Source of the DNA: Eledone cirrhosa
Taxonomy: Eukaryota
Direction of reading: 5' to 3'
Assembly (NCBI GenBank): GCA_964016885.1
Contig: OZ024740.1
Span: 57,846,001 to 57,910,000, forward strand
Length of the DNA: 64,000 nt
Part shown: positions 34,159 through 49,100 of the stretch, piece after piece
Layout: the number at the start of each line of letters is the position of its first letter
How positions within the stretch are numbered: position 1 is the first letter of the stretch
Translations under genes and position numbers: made by a program
The notes under the pieces: model-generated
Databases searched by the model: none
Told to the model about the DNA's origin: nothing
The model's input: the letters and a program-made list of their open reading frames with translations, nothing else

Positions 34159-37100
34159 GAATGAGAGGAGGAGGAGAGAGAAGGTATTCTCAAACCAGAG
34201 ATCTAACCTGAATGATGGGAGGGGGAGAGAGAAGGTATTCTCAAACCAGAGATCTAACCTGAATGAGGGGAGGGAGAGAGAGAAGGTATTCTCAAACCAG
34301 AGATCTAACCTGAATGATGGGAGGGGGAGAGAGAAGAAGGTATTCTCAAACCAGAGATCTAACCTGAATGAGGGGAGGGAGAGAGAAGAAGGTATTCTCA
34401 AACCAGAGATCTAACCTGAATGAGGGGAGGGAGAGAGAGAAGAAGGTATTCTCAAACCAGAGATCTAACCTGAATGATGGGAGGGGGAGAGAGAAGAAGG
34501 TATTCTCAAACCAGAGATCTAACCTGAATGAGGGGAGGGAGAGAGAAGAAGGTATTCTCAAACCAGAGATCTAACCTGAATGAGGGGAGGGAGAGAGAAG
34601 AAGGTATTCTCAAACCAGAGATCTAACCTGAATGATGGGAGGGGGAGAGAGAAGAAGGTATTCTCAAACCAGAGATCTAACCTGAATGAGGGGAGGGAGA
34701 GAGAAGAAGGTATTCTCAAACCAGAGATCTAACCTGAATGATGGGAGGGGGAGAGAGAAGAAGGTATTCTCAAACCAGAGATCTAACCTGAATGATGGGA
34801 GGGGGAGAGAGAAGAAGGTATTCTCAAACCAGAGATCTAACCTGAATGAGGGGAGGGAGAGAGAAGAAGGTATTCTCAAACCAGAGATCTAACCTGAATG
34901 AGGGGAGGGAGAGAGAAGAAGGTATTCTCAAACCAGAGATCTAACCTGAATGAGGGGAGGGAGAGAGAGAAGAAGGTATTCTCAAACCAGAGATCTAACC
35001 TGAATGAGGGGAGGGAGAGAGAGAAGAAGGTATTCTCAAACCAGAGATCTAACCTGAATGAGGGGAGGGAGAGAGAAGAAGGTATTCTCAAACCAGAGAT
35101 CTAACCTGAATGAGGGGAGGGAGAGAGAGAAGAAGGTATTCTCAAACCAGAGATCTAACCTGAATGATGGGAGGGAGAGAGAAGAAGGTATTCTCAAACC
35201 AGAGATCTAACCTGAATGAGGGGAGGGAGAGAGAAGAAGGTATTCTCAAACCAGAGATCTAACCTGAATGATGGGAGGGGGAGAGAGAAGAAGGTATTCT
35301 CAAACCAGAGATCTAACCTGAATGAGGGGAGGGAGAGAGAAGAAGGTATTCTCAAACCAGAGATCTAACCTGAATGAGGGGAGGGAGAGAGAGAAGAAGG
35401 TATTCTCAAACCAGAGATCTAACCTGAATGATGGGAGGGAGAGAGAAGAAGGTATTCTCAAACCAGAGATCTAACCTGAATGAGGGGAGGGAGAGAGAGA
35501 TGGTATTCTCAAACCAGAGATCTAACCTGAATGAGGAGAGGGAGAGAGAAGAAGGTATTCTCAAACCAGAGATCTAACCAGAATGAGGAGAGAGAGAGAG
35601 AAGAACGTATTCTCAAACCAGAGATCTAACCAGAATGAGGAGAGGGAGAGAGAAGAAGGTATTCTCAAACCAGAGAACTAACCTGAATGAGGAGAGGGAG
35701 GGAGAGAAGAAAGTATTCTCAAACCAGAGATCTAAACTGAATGGGGGGAGGGAGAGAGAAGAAGGTATTCTCAAACCAGATATCTAACCAGAATGAGGAG
35801 AGGGAGAGAGAAGAAGGTATTCTCAAACCAGAGATCTAACCTGAATGAGGAGAGGGAGGGAGAGAAGAAAGTATTCTCAAACCAGAGATCTAACCTGAAT
35901 GAGGGGAGGGAGAGAGAAGAAGGTATTCTCAAACCAGATATCTAACCTGAATGAGGGGAGGGAGGGAGAGAAGAAGGTATTCTCAAACCAGAGATCTAAC
36001 CAGAATGAGGGGAGGGAGGGAGAGAAGAAGGTATTCTCAAACCAGAGATCTAACCTGAATAACGGGAGGGAGAGAGAAGAAGGTATTCTCAAACCAGAGA
36101 TCTAACCTGAATGAGGGGAGGGAGAGAGAAGAAGGTATTCTCAAACCAGAGATCTAACCTGAATGAGGAGAGGGAGGGAGAGAAGAAGGTATTCTCAAAC
36201 CAGAGATCTAACCTGAATGAGGGGAGGGAGGGAGAGAAGAAGGTATTCTCAAACCAGAGATCTAACCAGAATGAGGAGAGGGAGAGAGAAGAAGGTATTC
36301 TCAAACCAGAGATCTAACCTGAATGAGGGGAGGGAGAGAGAAGAAGGTATTCTCAAACCAGAGATCTAACCTGAATGAGGAGAGGGAGGGAGAGAAGAAG
36401 GTATTCTCAAACCAGAGATCTAACCTGAATGAGGGGAGGGAGGGAGAGAAGAAGGTATTCTCAAACCAGAGATCTAACCAGAATGAGGAGAGGGAGAGAG
36501 AAGAAGGTATTCTCAAACCAGAGATCTAACCTGAATGAGGGGAGGGAGAGAGAAGAAGGTATTCTCAAACCAGAGATCTAACCTGAATGAGGAGAGGGAG
36601 GGAGAGAAGAAGGTATTCTCAAACCAGAGATCTAACCTGAATGAGGGGAGGGAGGGAGAGAAGAAGGTATTCTCAAACCAGAGATCTAACCTGAATGAGG
36701 AGAGGGAGAGAGAAGAAGGTATTCTCAAACCAGAGATCTAACCTGAATGAGGGGAGGGAGAGAGAAGAAGGTATTCTCAAACCAGACATCTAACCTGAAT
36801 GATGGGAGGGAGAGAGAGAAGAAGGTATTCTCAAACCAGAGATCTAACCTGAATGATGGGAGGGAGAGAGAGAAGAAGGTATTCTCAAACCAGAGATCTA
36901 ACCTGAATGAGGGGAGGGAGAGAGAGAAGAAGGTATTCTCAAACCAGAGATCTAACCTGAATGAGGGGAGGGAGAGAGAGAAGAAGGTATTCTCAAACCA
37001 GAGATCTAACCTGAATGAGGGGGGGAGAGAGAGAAGAAGGTATTCTCAAACCAGAGATCTAACCTGAATGAGGGGAGGGAGAGAGAAGAAGGTATTCTCA

Positions 37101-40100
37101 AACCAGAGATCTAACCTGAATGAGGGGAGGGAGAGAGAAGAAGGTATTCTCAAACCAGAGATCTAACCTGAATGAGGGGAGGGAGAGAGAAGAAGGTATT
37201 CTCAAACCAGAGATCTAACCTGAATGAGGGGAGGGAGAGAGAAGAAGGTATTCTCAAACCAGAGATCTAACCTGAATGAGGGGAGGGAGAGAGAAGAAGG
37301 TATTCTCAAACCAGAGATCTAACCTGAATGAGGGGAGGGAGAGAGAAGAAGGTATTCTCAAACCAGAGATCTAACCTGAATGAGGGGAGGGAGAAAGAAG
37401 AAGGTATTCTCAAACCAGAGATCTAACCTGAATGAGGGGAGGGAGAGAGAAGAAGGTATTCTCAAACCAGAGATCTAACCTGAATGAGGAGAGGGAGAGA
37501 GAAGAAGGTATTCTCAAACTAGAGATCTAACCTGAATGAGGAGAGGGAGAGAGAAGAAAGTATTCTCAAACCGGAGATCTAAACTGAATGAGGGGAGCGA
37601 GAGAGAAGAAGGTATTCTCAAACCAGAGATCTAACCTGAATGAGGGGAGGGAGAGAGAAGAAGGTATTCTCAAACCAGAGATCTAACCTGAATGAGGAGA
37701 GGGAGAGAGAAGAAAGTATTCTCAAACCAGAGATCTAACCTGAATGAGGAGAGGGAGAGAGAAGAAGGTATTCTCAAACCAGAGATCTAACCTGAATGAG
37801 GAGAGGGAGAGAGACGAAGGTATTCTCAAACCAGATATCTAACCTGAATGAGGGGAGTGAAAGAGAAGAAGGTATTCTCAAACCAGAGATCTAACCTGAA
37901 TGAGGAGAGGGAGAGAGAAGAAGGTATTCTCAAACCAGAGATCTAACCTGAATGAGGGGAGGGAGAGAGAAGAAGGTATTCTCAAACCAGAGATCTAACC
38001 TGAATGATGGGAGGGAGAGAGAGAAGGTATTCTCAAACCAGACATCTAACCTGAATGAGGGGAGGGAGAGAGAAGAAGGTATTCTCAAACCAGAGATCTC
38101 ACCTGAATGAGGGGAGGGAGGGAGAGAAGAAGGTATTCTCAAACCAGAGATCTAACCTGAATGAGGGGAGGGAGAGAGAAGAAGGTATTCTCAAACCAGA
38201 GATCTAAACTGAATGAGGGGAGCGAGAGAGAAGAAGGTATTCTCAAACCAGAGATCTAACCTGAATGAGGAGAGGGAGAGAGAAGAAAGTATTCTCAAAC
38301 CGGAGATCTAAACTGAATGGGGGGAGCGAGAGAGAAGAAGGTATTCTCAAACCAGAGATCTAACCTGAATGAGGGGAGGGAGAGAGAAGAAGGTATTCTC
38401 AAACCAGAGATCTAACCTGAATGAGGGGAGGGAGAGAGAAGAAGGTATTCTCAAACCAGAGATCTAACCTGAATGAGGGGAGGGAGAGAGAAGAAGGTAT
38501 TCTCAAACCAGAGATCTAACCTGAATGAGGGGAGGGAGAGAGAAGAAGGTATTCTCAAACCAGAGATCTAACCTGAATGAGGGGAGGGAGAGAGAAGAAG
38601 GTATTCTCAAACCAGAGATCTAACCTGAATGAGGGGAGGGAGAGAGAAGAAGGTATTCTCAAACCAGAGATCTAACCTGAATGAGGGGAGGGAGAGAGAG
38701 AAGAAGGTATTCTCAAACCAGAGATCTAACATGAATGAGGAGAGGGAGAGAGAAGAAGGTATTCTCAAACCAGAGATCTAACCTGAATGAGGGGAGGGAG
38801 AGAGAGAAGAAGGTATTCTCAAACCAGAGATCTAACCTGAATGAGGGGAGGGAGAGAGAAGAAGGTATTCTCAAACCAGAGATCTAACCTGAATGAGGGG
38901 AGGGAGAGAGAGAAGGTATTCTCAAACCAGAGATCTAACCTGAATGAGGGGAGGGAGAGAGAGATGGTATTCTCAAACCAGAGATCTAACCTGAATGAGG
39001 AGAGGGAGAGAGAAGAAGGTATTCTCAAACCAGAGATCTAACCTGAATGAGGGGAGGGAGAGAGAGAAGAAGGTATTCTCAAACCAGGGATCTAACCTGA
39101 ATGAGGGGAGGGAGAGAGAAGAAGGTATTCTCAAACCAGAGATCTAACCTGAATGAGGGGAGGGAGAGAGAAGAAGGTATTCTCAAACCAGAGATCTAAC
39201 CTGAATGAGGGGAGGGAGACAGAAGAAGGTATTCTCAAACCAGAGATCTAACCTGAATGAGGAGAGGGAGAGAGAGAAGAAGGTATTCTCAAACCAGAGA
39301 TCTAACCTGAATGAGGGGAGGGAGAGAGAGAGAAGAAGGTATTCTCAAACCAGAGATCTAAACTGAATGAGGGGAGCGAGAGAGAAGAAGGTATTCTCAA
39401 ACCAGAGATCTAACCTGAATGAGGGGAGGGAGAGAGAAGAAAGTATTCTCAAACCAGAGATCTAACCTGAATGAGGGGAGGGAGAGGGAGGAAGGTTTTC
39501 TGAAACCAGAGATCTAACCTGAATGAGAGGAGGGAGAGAGAGAGAGAGAGAAGAAGGTATTCTCAAACCAGAGATCTGACCTGAATGAGGGGAGGGAGAG
39601 AGAGAAGAAGGTATTCTCAAACCAGAGATCTAACCTGAATGAGGGGAGGGAGAGAGAAGAAGGTATTCTCAAACCAGAGATCTAACCTGAATGAGGGGAG
39701 GGAGAGAGAAAAAGGTATTCTCAAACCAGATATCAAACCTGAATGAGAGTAGGGAAAGAGAAGAAGGTATTCTCAAACCAGAGATCTAACCTGAATGAGG
39801 TGAGGGAGAGAGAGAGAAGAAGGTATTCTCAAACCAGAGATCTAACCTGAATGAGGGGAGGGAGAGAGACGAAGGTATTCTCAAACCAGAGATCTAACCT
39901 GAATGAGGGGAGGGAGAGAGAAGAAGGTATTCTCAAACCAGAGATCTAACCTGAATGATGACAGGGAGAGAGAAGAAGGTATTCTCAAACCAGAGATGTA
40001 ACGTGAATGAGAGGAGGGAGAGAGAAGAAGGTATTCTCAAACCAGATATCTAACCTGAATGAGGGGAGGGAAAGAGAAGAAGGTATTCTCAAATCAGAGA

Positions 40101-43100
40101 TCTAACCTGAATGAGGGGAGGGAGAGAGAAAAAGGTATTCTCAAACCAGATATCAAACCTGAATGAGGGGAGGGAAAGAGAAGAAGGTATTCTCAAACCA
40201 GAGATCTAACCTGAATGAGGGGAGGGAGAGAGAAGAAGGTATTCTCAAACCAGAGATCTAACCTGAATGAGGGGAGGGAGAGAGAAGAAGGTATTCTCAA
40301 ACCAGAGATCTAACCTGAATGAGGGGAGGGAGAGAGAAGAAGGTATTCTCAAACCAGAGATCTAACCTGAATGAGGGGAGGGAGAGAGAAGAAGGTATTC
40401 TCAAACCAGAGATCTAACCTGAATGAGGGGAGGGAGAGAGAAGAAGGTATTCTCAAACCAGAGATCTAACCTGAATGATGACAGGGAGAGAGAAGAAGGT
40501 ATTCTCAAACCAGAGATGTAACGTGAATGAGAGGAGGGAGAGAGAAGAAGGTATTCTCAAACCAGATATCTAACCTGAATGAGGGGAGGGAGAGAGACGA
40601 AGGTATTCTCAAACCAGAGATCTAACCTGAATGAGGGGAGGGAGAGAGAAGAAGGTATTCTCAAACCAGAGATCTAACCTGAATGAGGTGAGGGAGAGAG
40701 AGAGAAGAAGGTATTCTCAAACCAGAGATCTAACCTGAATGAGGGGAGGGAGAGAGACGAAGGTATTCTCAAACCAGAGATCTAACCTGAATGAGGGGAG
40801 GGAGAGAGAAGAAGGTATTCTCAAACCAGAGATCTAACCTGAATGATGAGAGGGAGAGAGAAGAAGGTATTCTCAAACCAGAGATCTAACCTGAATGAGG
40901 GGAGGGAGAGAGAAGAAGGTATTCTCAAACCAGAGATGTAACGTGAATGAGAGGAGGGAGAGAGAAGAAGGTATTCTCAAACCAGATATCTAACCTGAAT
41001 GAGGGGAGGGAAAGAGAAGAAGGTATTCTCAAATCAGAGATCTAACCTGAATGAGGGGAGGGAGAGAGAAGAAGGTATTCTCAAACCAGATATCAAACCT
41101 GAATGAGGGGAGGGAGAGAGAAGAAGGTATTCTCAAACCAGAGATCTAACCTGAATGAGGGGAGGGAGAGAGAAAAAGGTATTCTCAAACCAGATATCAA
41201 ACCTGAATGAGGGGAGGGAGAGAGAAGAAGGTATTCTCAAACCAGAGATCTAACCTGAATGAGGGGAGGGAGAGAGAAGAAGGTATTCTCAAACCAGATA
41301 TCAAACCTGAATGAGGGGAGGGAGAGAGAAGAAGGTATTCTCAAACCAGAGATCTAACCTGAATGAGGGGAGGGAGAGAGAAAAAGGTATTCTCAAACCA
41401 GATATCAAACCTGAATGAGGGGAGGGAGAGAGAAGAAGGTATTCTCAAACCAGAGATCTAACCTGAATGAGGGGAGGGAGAGAGAAGAAGGTATTCTCAA
41501 ACCAGAGATCTAACCTGAATGAGGGGAGGGAGAGAGAAGAAGGTATTCTCAAACCAGAGATCTAACCTGAATGAGGGGAGGGAGAGAGAAGAAGGTATTC
41601 TCAAACCAGATATCTAACCTGAATGAGGGGAGGGAGAGAGAAGAAGGTATTCTCAAACCAGATATCTAACCTGAATGAGGGGAGGGAGAGAGAAGAAGGT
41701 ATTCTCAAACCAGATATCAAACCTGAATGAGGGGAGGGAGAGAGAAGAAGGTATTCTCAAACCAGATATCTAACCTGAATGAGGGGAGGGAGAGAGAAGA
41801 AGGTATTCTCAAACCAGATATCTAACCTGAATGAGGGGAGGGAGAGAGAAAAAGGTATTCTCAAACCAGATATCAAACCTGAATGAGGGGAGGGAGAGAG
41901 AAGAAGGTATTCTCAAACCAGAGATCTAACCTGAATGAGGGGAGGGAGAGAGAAGAAGGTATTCTCAAACCAGAGATCTAACCTGAATGAGGGGAGGGAG
42001 AGAGAAGAAGGTATTCTCAAACCAGAGATCTAACCTGAATGAGGGGAGGGAAAGAGAAGAAGGTATTCTCAAACCAGATATCTAACCTGAATGAGGGGAG
42101 GGAGAGAGAAAAAGGTATTCTCAAACCAGATATCAAACCTGAATGAGGGGAGGGAGAGAGAAGAAGGTATTCTCAAACCAGATATCTAACCTGAATGAGG
42201 GGAGGGAGAGAGAAGAAGGTATTCTCAAACCAGATATCTAACCTGAATGAGGGGAGGGAAAGAGAAGAAGGTATTCTCAAATCAGAGATCTAACCTGAAT
42301 GAGGGGAGGGAGAGAGAAGAAGGTATTCTCAAACCAGATATCTAACCTGAATGAGGGGAGGGAGAGAGAAGAAGGTATTCTCAAACCAGATATCTAACCT
42401 GAATGAGGGGAGGGAAAGAGAAGAAGGTATTCTCAAATCAGAGATCTAACCTGAATGAGAGGAGGGAGAGAGAAGAAGGTATTCTCAAACCAGATATCTA
42501 ACCTGAATGAGGGGAGGGAAAGAGAAGAAGGTATTCTCAAATCAGAGATCTAACCTGAATGAGGGGAGGGAGAGAGAAAAAGGTATTCTCAAACCAGATA
42601 TCAAACCTGAATGAGGGGAGGGAGAGAGAAGAAGGTATTCTCAAACCAGAGATCTAACCTGAATGAGGGGAGGGAGAGAGAAGAAGGTATTCTCAAACCA
42701 GAGATCTAACCTGAATGAGGGGAGGGAGAGAGAAGAAGGTATTCTCAAACCAGAGATCTAACCTGAATGAGGGGAGGGAGAGAGAAGAAGGTATTCTCAA
42801 ACCAGAGATCTAACCTGAATGAGGGGAGGGAGAGAGAAGAAGGTATTCTCAAACCAGAGATCTAACCTGAATGAGGGGAGGGAGAGAGAGAAGAAGGTAT
42901 TCTCAAACCAGAGATCTAACATGAATGAGGGGAGGGAGAGAGAAGAAGGTATTCTCAAACCAGAAATCTAACCTGAATGAGGGGAGGGAGAGAGAAAAAG
43001 GTATTCTCAAACCAGATATCAAACCTGAATGAGGGGAGGGAGAGAGAAGAAGGTATTCTCAAACCAGAGATCTAACCTGAATGAGGGGAGGGAGAGAGAA

Positions 43101-46100
43101 AAAGGTATTCTCAAACCAGATATCAAACCTGAATGAGGGGAGGGAGAGAGAAGAAGGTATTCTCAAACCAGAGATCTAACCTGAATGAGGGGAGGGAGAG
43201 AGAAAAAGGTATTCTCAAACCAGATATCTAACCTGAATGAGGGGAGGGAGAGAGAGAAGAAGGTATTCTCAAACCAGGGATCTAACCTGAATGAGGGGAG
43301 GGAGAGAGAAGAAGGTATTCTCAAACCAGAGATCTAACCTGAAAGAGGGGAGGGAGAGAGAAGAAGGTATTCTCAAACCAGAGATCTAACCTGAATGAGG
43401 GGAGGGAGAGAGAAGAAGGTATTCTCAAACCAGAGATCTAACCTGAATGAGGAGAGGGAGAGAGAAGAAGGTATTCTCAAACCAGAGATCTAACCTGAAT
43501 GAGGGGAGGGAGAGAGAGAGAAGAAGGTATTCTCAAACCAGAGATCTAAACTGAATGAGGGGAGCGAGAGAGAAGAAGGTATTCTCAAACCAGAGATCTA
43601 ACCTGAATGAGGGGAGGGAGAGAAAAGAAAGTATTCTCAAACCAGAGATCTAACCTGAATGAGGGGAGGGAGAGGGAGGAAGGTTTTCTGAAACCAGAGA
43701 TCTAACCTGAATGAGAGGAGGGAGAGAGAGAGAGAGAGAAGAAGGTATTCTCAAACCAGAGATCTGACCTGAATGAGGGGAGGGAGAGAGGGAAGAAGGT
43801 ATTCTCAAACCAGAGATCTAAACTGAATGAGGGGAGGGAGAGAGAAGAAGGTATTCTCAAACCAGAGATCTAACCTGAATGAGGGGAGGGAGAGAGAAGA
43901 AGGTATTCTCAAACCAGAGATCTAACCTGAATGAGGGGAGGGAGAGAGAAGAAGGTATTCTCAAACCAGAGATCTAACCTGAATGAGGTGAGGGAGAGAG
44001 AGAGAAGAAGGTATTCTCAAACCAGAGATCTAACCTGAATGAGGGGAGGGAGAGAGAAGAAGGTATTCTCAAACCAGAGATCTAACCTGAATGATGAGAG
44101 GGAGAGAGAAGAAGGTATTCTCAAACCAGAGATGTAACGTGAATGAGAGGAGGGAGAGAGAAGAAGGTATTCTCAAACCAGATATCTAACCTGAATAAGG
44201 GGAGGGAAAGAGAAGAAGGTATTCTCAAACCAGAGATCTAACCTGAATGAGGGGAGGGAGAGAGAAAAAGGTATTCTCAAACCAGATATCAAACCTGAAT
44301 GAGGGGAGGGAAAGAGAAGAAGGTATTCTCAAACCAGAGATGTAACCTGAATGAGGGGAGGGAGAGAGAAAAAGGTATTCTCAAACCAGATATCAAACCT
44401 GAATGAGGGGAGGGAGAGAGAAGAAGGTATTCTCAAACCAGAGATCTAACCTGAATGAGGGGAGGGAGAGAGAAAAAGGTATTCTCAAACCAGATATCAA
44501 ACCTGAATGAGGGGAGGGAAAGAGAAGAAGGTATTCTCAAACCAGAGATCTAACCTGAATGAGGGGAGGGAGAGAGAAAAAGGTATTCTCAAACCAGATA
44601 TCAAACCTGAATGAGGGGAGGGAGAGAGAGAAGAAGGTATTCTCAAACCAGAGATGTAACGTGAATGAGAGGAGGGAGAGAGAAGAAGGTATTCTCAAAC
44701 CAGACATCTAACCTGAATGAGGGGAGGGAAAGAGAAGAAGGTATTCTCAAACCAGAGATCTAAACTGAATGGGGGGAGCGAGAGAGAAGAAGGTATTCTC
44801 AAACCAGAGATGTAACGTGAATGAGAGGAGGGAGAGAGAAAAAGGTATTCTCAAACCAGATATCTAACCTGAATGAGGGGAGGGAAAGAGAAGAAGGTAT
44901 TCTCAAACCAGAGATCTAACCTGAATGAGGGGAGGGAAAGAGAAGGAGGTATTCTCAAACCAGAGATCTAAACTGAATGGGGGGAGCGAGAGAGAAGAAG
45001 GTATTCTCAAACCAGAGATCTAACCTGAATGATGAGAGGGAGAGAGAAGAAGGTATTCTCAAACCAGAGATGTAACGTGAATGAGAGGAGGGAGAGAGAA
45101 GAAGGTATTCTCAAACCAGAGATCTAACCTGAATGATGAGAGGGAGAGAGAAGAAGGTATTCTCAAACCAGAGATCTAACCTGAATGAGGAGAGGGAGAG
45201 AGAAGAAGGTATTCTCAAACCAGAGATCTAACCTGAATGAGGGGAGGGAGAGAGAAGAAGGTATTCTCAAACCAGAGATCTAACCTGAATGAGGGGAGGG
45301 AGAGAGAAGAAGGTATTCTCAAACCAGAGATGTAACGTGAATGAGAGGAGGGAGAGAGAAGAAGGTATTCTCAAACCAGACATCTAACCTGAATGAGGGG
45401 AGGGAAAGAGAAGAAGGTATTCTCAAACCAGAGATCTAAACTGAATGGGGGGAGCGAGAGAGAAGAAGGTATTCTCAAACCAGAGATCTAACCTGAATGA
45501 GGGGAGGGAGAGAGAAGAAAGTATTCTCAAACCAGAGATCTAACCTGAATGAGGGGAGGGAGAGGGAGGAAGGTTTTCTGAAACCAGAGATCTAACCTGA
45601 ATGAGAGGAGGGAGAGAGAGAGAGAGAGAAGAAGGTATTCTCAAACCAGAGATCTGACCTGAATGAGGGGAGGGAGAGAGGGAAGAAGGTATTCTCAAAC
45701 CAGAGATCTAAACTGAATGAGGGGAGGGAGAGAGAAGAAAGTATTCTCAAACCAGAGATCTAACCTGAATGAGGGGAGAGAGAGAGAAAAAGGTATTCTC
45801 AAACCAGATATCAAACCTGAATGAGGGGAGGGAAAGAGAAGAAGGTATTCTCAAACCAGAGATCTAAACTGAATGAGGGGAGGGAGAGAGAAGAAAGTAT
45901 TCTCAAACCAGAGATCTAACCTGAATGAGGGGAGAGAGAGAGAAAAAGGTATTCTCAAACCAGATATCAAACCTGAATGAGGGGAGGGAAAGAGAAGAAG
46001 GTATTCTCAAACCAGAGATCTAAACTGAATGAGGGGAGGGAGAGAGAAGAAAGTATTCTCAAACCAGAGATCTAACCTGAATGAGGGGAGAGAGAGAGAA

Positions 46101-49100
46101 AAAGGTATTCTCAAACCAGATATCAAACCTGAATGAGGGGAGGGAAAGAGAAGAAGGTATTCTCAAACCAGAGATCTAAACTGAATGAGGGGAGGGAGAG
46201 AGAAGAAAGTATTCTCAAACCAGAGATCTAACCTGAATGAGGGGAGAGAGAGAGAAAAAGGTATTCTCAAACCAGATATCAAACCTGAATGAGGGGAGGG
46301 AAAGAGAAGAAGGTATTCTCAAACCAGAGATCTAAACTGAATGAGGGGAGGGAGAGAGAAGGTATTCTCAAACCAGAGATCTAACCTGAATGAGGGGAGG
46401 GAGAGAGAAAAAGGTATTCTCAAACCAGATATCAAACCTGAATGAGGGGAGGGAGAGAGAGAGAAGAAGGTATTCTCAAACCAGAGATCTAACCTGAATG
46501 AGGGGAGGGAGAGAGAAGAAGGTATTCTCAAACCAGATATCAAACCTGAATGAGGGGAGGGAGAGAGAAAAAGGTATTCTCAAACCAGATATCAAACCTG
46601 AATGAGTGGAGGGAGAGAGAAGAAGGTATTCTCAAACCAGAGATCTAACCTGAATGAGGGGAGGGAGAGAGAAAAAGGTATTCTCAAACCAGATATCAAA
46701 CCTGAATGAGGGGAGGGAAAGAGAAGAAGGTATTCTCAAACCAGAGATCTAACCTGAATGAGGGGAGGGAGAGAGAGAGAAGAAGGTATTCTCAAACCAG
46801 AGATCTAACCTGAATGAGGGGAGGGAGAGAGAAGAAGGTATTCTCAAACCAGAGATCTAACCTGAATGATGAGAGGGAGAGAGAAGAAGGTATTCTCAAA
46901 CCAGAGATCTAACCTGAATGATGAGAGGGAGAGAGAAGAAGGTATTCTCAAACCAGAGATGTAACGTGAATGAGAGGAGGGAGAGAGAAGAAGGTATTCT
47001 CAAACCAGAGATCTAACCTGAATGATGAGAGGGAGAGAGTAGAAGGTATTCTCAAACCAGAGATGTAACGTGAATGAGAGGAGGGAGAGAGAAGAAGGTA
47101 TTCTCAAACCAGAGATCTAACCTGAATGAGGGGAGGGAAAGAGAAGAAGGTATTCTCAAACCAGAGATCTAAACTGAATGGGGGGAGCGAGAGAGAAGAA
47201 GGTATTCTCAAACCAGAGATCTAACCTGAATGAGGGGAGGGAGAGAGAAGAAGGTATTCTCAAACCAGAGATCTAACCTGAATGAGGGGAGGGAGAGAGA
47301 AGAAGGTATTCTCAAACCAGAGATCTAACCTGAATGAGGGGAGGGGGAGAGAAGAAGGTATTCTCAAACCAGAGATCTAACCTGAATGAGGGGAGGGAGA
47401 GAGAAGAAGGTATTCTCAAACCAGAGATCTAACCTGAATGAGGGGAGGGAGAGAGAAGAAGGTATTCTCAAACCAGAGATCTAACCTGAATGAGGGGAGG
47501 GAGAGAGAAGAAGGTATTCTCAAACCAGAGATCTAACCTGAATGAGGGGAGGGAGAGAGAGAAGAAGGTATTCTCAAACCAGAGATCTAACATGAATGAG
47601 AAGAGGGAGAGAGAAGAAGGTATTCTCAAACCAGAGATCTAACCTGAATGAGGGGAGGGAGAGAGAGAAGAAGGTATTCTCAAACCAGAGATCTAACCTG
47701 AATGAGGGGAGGGAGAGAGAAGAAGGTATTCTCAAACCAGAGATCTAACCTGAATGAGGGGAGGGAGAGAGAGAAGGTATTCTCAAACCAGAGATCTAAC
47801 CTGAATGAGGGGAGGGAGAGAGAGATGGTATTCTCAAACCAGAGATCTAACCTGAATGAGGAGAGGGAGAGAGAAGAAGGTATTCTCAAACCAGAGATCT
47901 AACCTGAATGAGGGGAGGGAGAGAGAGAAGAAGGTATTCTCAAACCAGGGATCTAACCTGAATGAGGGGAGGGAGAGAGAAGAAGGTATTCTCAAACCAG
48001 AGATCTAACCTGAATGAGGGGAGGGAGAGAGAAGAAGGTATTCTCAAACCAGAGATCTAACCTGAATGAGGGGAGGGAGAGAAGAAGGTATTCTCAAACC
48101 AGAGATCTAACCTGAATGAGGAGAGGGAGAGAGAGAAGAAGGTATTCTCAAACCAGAGATCTAACCTGAATGAGGGGAGGGAGAGAGAGAGAAGAAGGTA
48201 TTCTCAAACCAGAGATCTAAACTGAATGAGGGGAGCGAGAGAGAAGAAGGTATTCTCAAACCAGAGATCTAACCTGAATGAGGGGAGGGAGAGAGAAGAA
48301 AGTATTCTCAAACCAGAGATCTAACCTGAATGAGGGGAGGGAGAGGGAGGAAGGTTTTCTGAAACCAGAGATCTAACCTGAATGAGAGGAGGGAGAGAGA
48401 GAGAGAGAGAAGAAGGTATTCTCAAACCAGAGATCTGACCTGAATGAGGGGAGGGAGAGAGAGAAGAAGGTATTCTCAAACCAGAGATCTAACCTGAATG
48501 AGGGGAGGGAGAGAGAAGAAGGTATTCTCAAACCAGAGATCTAACCTGAATGAGGGGAGGGAGAGAGAAAAAGGTATTCTCAAACCAGATATCAAACCTG
48601 AATGAGGGGAGGGAAAGAGAAGAAGGTATTCTCAAACCAGAGATCTAACCTGAATGAGGTGAGGGAGAGAGAGAAGGTATTCTCAAACCAGATATCTAAC
48701 CTGAATGAGGGGAGGGAAAGAGAAGAAGGTATTCTCAAATCAGAGATCTAACCTGAATGAGGGGAGGGAGAGAGAAAAAGGTATTCTCAAACCAGATATC
48801 AAACCTGAATGAGGGGAGGGAAAGAGAAGAAGGTATTCTCAAACCAGAGATCTAACCTGAATGAGGGGAGGGAGAGAGAAGAAGGTATTCTCAAACCAGA
48901 GATCTAACCTGAATGAGGGGAGGGAGAGAGAAGAAGGTATTCTCAAACCAGAGATCTAACCTGAATGAGGGGAGGGAGAGAGAAGAAGGTATTCTCAAAC
49001 CAGAGATCTAACCTGAATGAGGGGAGGGAGAGAGAAGAAGGTATTCTCAAACCAGAGATCTAACCTGAATGAGGGGAGGGAGAGAGAAGAAGGTATTCTC

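Noticed and set aside
34200-34260. Hammerhead in the 52-bp satellite (ctgaatga)
   Set aside because: Spacing is not CUGANGA and there is no helix II, GAAA or helix III.
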